The position numbers and the translations under genes were made by a program. A stretch of DNA of 64,000 nt from Roseibacillus sp. (GTDB lineage: Bacteria; Verrucomicrobiota; Verrucomicrobiia; Verrucomicrobiales; Akkermansiaceae), in contig JBPOGI010000002.1 of NCBI GenBank assembly GCA_051251855.1, forward strand, positions 64,001 through 128,000, written 5' to 3'. Position 1 is the first letter of the stretch, and each line of letters begins with the position of its first letter. Of the stretch, positions 61,179 to 64,000 are shown in pieces. The notes under the pieces are model-generated. The model was not told the DNA's origin. It saw only the letters and a list, made by a program, of their open reading frames with translations, and searched no databases.

Positions 61179-62162
61179 GTGATTCTTCGTCTTTTGCTGT
61201 TTTCGCTTCTTACGGAAGTCTGCCTAGGGGCGGAAAAGCCCGTGGAGCGGTTGGTTTTTGTCTCCTGTTTCAAGGAGTCGAGGAAGTCGGTGGGAATGGA
61301 AACGATTGCGGGGCTGAAGCCCGATGTCTTTATCTGGATGGGGGATAATATCTATGGGGACAGTGAGGATATGGCTGTTCTTGGGAAAAAGTATCAGCAG
61401 GTTCTGGACAATGTAGAATACCTAAGAATTCGGGAGACAAGCCACATCCTCGCGACTTGGGATGACCACGATTTGGGAGGCAATGATGTGGGGAAGGAAT
61501 TTGGACCAAAGAAAGAGTCGCAGCAGGAGTTTCTCGATTTTTTGGGAGTCGAGAAAGACAGTCCCAGACGCAAAAGGGAAGGAGTCTACCATTTTGAAGA
61601 CTTGGGACCGAAGGGTCAGCAGGTGCGGGTGATTCTTCTAGATACTCGGTATCACCGGGATGAGTTAGGCAGTGACGGCACGATTTTGGGCGAAGAACAG
61701 TGGCGATGGTTGGAGAAGTCTCTGCAAGAGAGTGCGGCTGAGGTGAATCTTTTGGTATCGTCGATTCAGGTTCTTCCGACTCAGCATCGGTTCGAGAAGT
61801 GGAGTGATTTTCCCAAGGATCGAGCTCGGTTATTGGCTCTACTGGCAGAAGAGGGGGTGCCGCCCGTCATTCTTCTGAGCGGTGACCGCCATTTGGGCGA
61901 AATCTCGTTGGATGAGACGAGTTGTGGCTATCCGTTGTTCGAAATCACCTCCAGTAGTTTAAATAGTAGCTTCGGAGGAAAGCCGAAGGAGGTTAATCGC
62001 TTCAGACTGGGAAAGAATTACGGCAGAAATAATTTCGGAACCTTAACTTTCGACTGGAAAGGCGATTTTCCCCAGATCGAAGCGGCTGTTTGTGATGAAA
62101 ATGGCTTTATTCAGCTGAAGGCGGCTATTTCTGTGGCAAAGCGGGCTGAGAAAAGGGAGTGA
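61179..62162 (+). CDS. Alkaline phosphatase D family protein
   Basis: SC, GDNIYGD, TWDDHD, LDTRY, SGDRH. Confidence 0.9.
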   Translation: MILRLLLFSLLTEVCLGAEKPVERLVFVSCFKESRKSVGMETIAGLKPDVFIWMGDNIYGDSEDMAVLGKKYQQVLDNVEYLRIRETSHILATWDDHDLGGNDVGKEFGPKKESQQEFLDFLGVEKDSPRRKREGVYHFEDLGPKGQQVRVILLDTRYHRDELGSDGTILGEEQWRWLEKSLQESAAEVNLLVSSIQVLPTQHRFEKWSDFPKDRARLLALLAEEGVPPVILLSGDRHLGEISLDETSCGYPLFEITSSSLNSSFGGKPKEVNRFRLGKNYGRNNFGTLTFDWKGDFPQIEAAVCDENGFIQLKAAISVAKRAEKRE

Positions 62163-62310
62163 TCTTGAATTATCCTAAATTTTCAATAAAAAGAAGACTG
62201 AGTTGGAGCTGGTCTTTTGGAAACTTAGGCGTAAGTTTTCGCCGTAGTCGCACGTTGTGCACTGCAAGCGTGAGAGTCTTCTCTCACGCACCAAAACAAC
62301 CTCTATTAAT

Positions 62311-63423
62311 ATGGCACTGAATATACCGTTTCATCGGGTCAATTGGGTTAACACAGTCTTTCTTCTTGGGATTAGCTTTCTGGCAGTCGTCGGAGCACCC
62401 ATCTATCTTATCGTCAATGGCGGGACGGACTGGGTAACAGCGGGTCTCTTTCTCTTCTATCTCGTGGCGACAGGCTTGAGCATTACTTTGGGATATCATC
62501 GCTTGTTCTCTCACCTTTCCTTTAAGGCGAAGTGGCCTGTGCGTCTCTTCACGCTCGTTTTTGGTTCCTGTGCGTTTGAGAACTCAGCTCTCAACTGGTG
62601 TTCCGACCACCGCCGCCATCACAAGCATGTCGACGATGATGACGATCCCTATAACATCAATAATGGGTTCCTTTGGGCGCACATGGGTTGGATTCTTTTC
62701 AAGGTGAATCCCGAGCCACCGCTCGACAACGTTGCCGACCTCCGCAAGGACAAGTTGGTGATGTGGCAGCACAAACACGACAAGGCTATTGCTGGGATCG
62801 TGGGTCTTCTTCTTCCTGCTGTCATTGGTTACTTTACCGGTAATGGATGGATGGGCGCCTTGGGTGGCCTCTTGATCGTGGGAGCTCTTCGGGTCTTTTT
62901 GGTTCAGCAAAGCACCTTCTTTATTAACAGTCTTTGTCACTGTGTGGGTAATCGTCCTTACTCAAGTCGTTGTAGTGCGCGGGACAGCTTCGTAATGTCT
63001 CTCTTCACTTATGGAGAAGGTTATCACAACTATCACCACGAGTTTCAGCATGACTATCGCAATGGAGTGAAGCCTTGGAATTATGACCCAACTAAGTGGG
63101 CGATTTGGGCTTTGACCAAGGTGGGCTTGGCCTCGAATCTTCGTCGTGTCTCTCAGACTCGAATTCTTTTGGCTGAGATGGCCGAGGCTCGTCGTCACAC
63201 CGAAAATAAACTGGCTTCTTTGGAGGCTTCCGGTGCTAAGATTTGCCAAACCACTTTGAAGGCAGTGAAGGAGATGCAAGAAAAGCTCACCACCGCTTAC
63301 CACGAAATCGAAGGACAGGCCTCTCAGCGTGCGGAAGCTTCCCGCGAAACAATCGCCCGCTGGCGTAGCGAGACTCAGAACCTGATGGATCGTCTGGCAC
63401 AGCTCCGTCCACTGCCCGCATAG
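62311..63423 (+). CDS. Delta-9-type fatty acid desaturase
   Basis: His boxes HRLFSH, HRRHH, HNYHH; start MALNIP. Confidence 0.92.
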   Translation: MALNIPFHRVNWVNTVFLLGISFLAVVGAPIYLIVNGGTDWVTAGLFLFYLVATGLSITLGYHRLFSHLSFKAKWPVRLFTLVFGSCAFENSALNWCSDHRRHHKHVDDDDDPYNINNGFLWAHMGWILFKVNPEPPLDNVADLRKDKLVMWQHKHDKAIAGIVGLLLPAVIGYFTGNGWMGALGGLLIVGALRVFLVQQSTFFINSLCHCVGNRPYSSRCSARDSFVMSLFTYGEGYHNYHHEFQHDYRNGVKPWNYDPTKWAIWALTKVGLASNLRRVSQTRILLAEMAEARRHTENKLASLEASGAKICQTTLKAVKEMQEKLTTAYHEIEGQASQRAEASRETIARWRSETQNLMDRLAQLRPLPA

Positions 63424-63452
63424 GGTAAGGGACTAATACCGTTCACTTTCCA

Positions 63453-63487
63453 GAAACCCGAGAGGCTTCCTCTCGGGTTTTTTCTTT
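63453..63487 (+). terminator. Intrinsic terminator
   Basis: AAACCCGAGAGG-ctt-CCTCTCGGGTTTTTT. Confidence 0.85.
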
Positions 63488-63639
63488 GGGAGGGGAGGGC
63501 TGATTGAAGGACGGCGGGCGCTGAATAGAAAACGAAGGGGCTTTTCGCTTGTTTTTAGGTCTGGATCTGTCACCACTGGCCTGTCGCCTCTGACTTTGGG
63601 GTCCCTTCGGACTCATGAAAGGAGGCGAGCACTGATATT

Positions 63640-63984
63640 ATGAAAATGTATGTGGGGAATATCCCCTTCTCGACCTCGGACGACGAATTGAAAGAACTCT
63701 TCGGCGAATTTGGTGAAGTCACTGACGTTCACATCCCTGAAGACCGCGAATCCGGGCGTCCCCGTGGCTTCGCATTTGTGACCATGGACACCAAAGATGC
63801 TATGGTAAGCGCTATCAAGGACCTTGATGGTGCTGAATTCGGAGGCCGCAATCTCCGTGTCAACGAAGCTAAGCCACGTGAAGACCGCGGAGGCGGTGGT
63901 GGTGGCGGTAGCCGTGGTGGCGACCGTGGTGGCCGTGGCGGAGACCGTGGCAATCGTGGCGGTGGCGGCGGTGATCGCTGGTAA
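63640..63984 (+). CDS. RRM RNA-binding protein with Gly/Arg-rich tail
   Basis: MYVGNI (RNP2), RGFAFV (RNP1), RGG repeats. Confidence 0.95.
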   Translation: MKMYVGNIPFSTSDDELKELFGEFGEVTDVHIPEDRESGRPRGFAFVTMDTKDAMVSAIKDLDGAEFGGRNLRVNEAKPREDRGGGGGGGSRGGDRGGRGGDRGNRGGGGGDRW

Positions 63985-64000
63985 GCTATTGCTCCAATAA

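Noticed and set aside
63886..63975. GGTGGC/GACCGT repeats
   Set aside because: They encode the Gly/Arg-rich tail of the RRM protein

Overview
This is most likely a Verrucomicrobiota (PVC) genome segment, inferred from PEP-CTERM, autotransporter-repeat, DUF1501/DUF1553 and PVC CxxCH proteins. Positions 1-~20,375 are the right part of an integrative element. It ends at a duplicated tRNA(Ser-like) 3' fragment beside a tyrosine integrase, and its other end lies left of the window. The element carries four things. (i) A tightly coupled defence operon: hsdM-hsdS, a Septu-like ATPase/HNH pair, a PD-(D/E)XK nuclease, and a large ORF missed by the ORF track (1688 to <1) that contains a Z-alpha-like winged helix. 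(ii) DUF5131, DUF3102-like and HTH genes. (iii) A CL-type group II intron-like retroelement whose RT is intact but whose ribozyme deviates at several key positions: AAGCG 5' end, CC bulge in DV, no obvious branch A, and extra 3' hairpins. (iv) An excisionase-like gene and a DUF932 / Cas4-like nuclease module. The rest (20.4-64 kb) is mostly ordinary PVC chromosome: secreted, cytochrome and carbohydrate-active proteins, tandem amidases and housekeeping genes, with several small repeat elements. All family calls come from motif recognition by eye; no database search or folding program was run.
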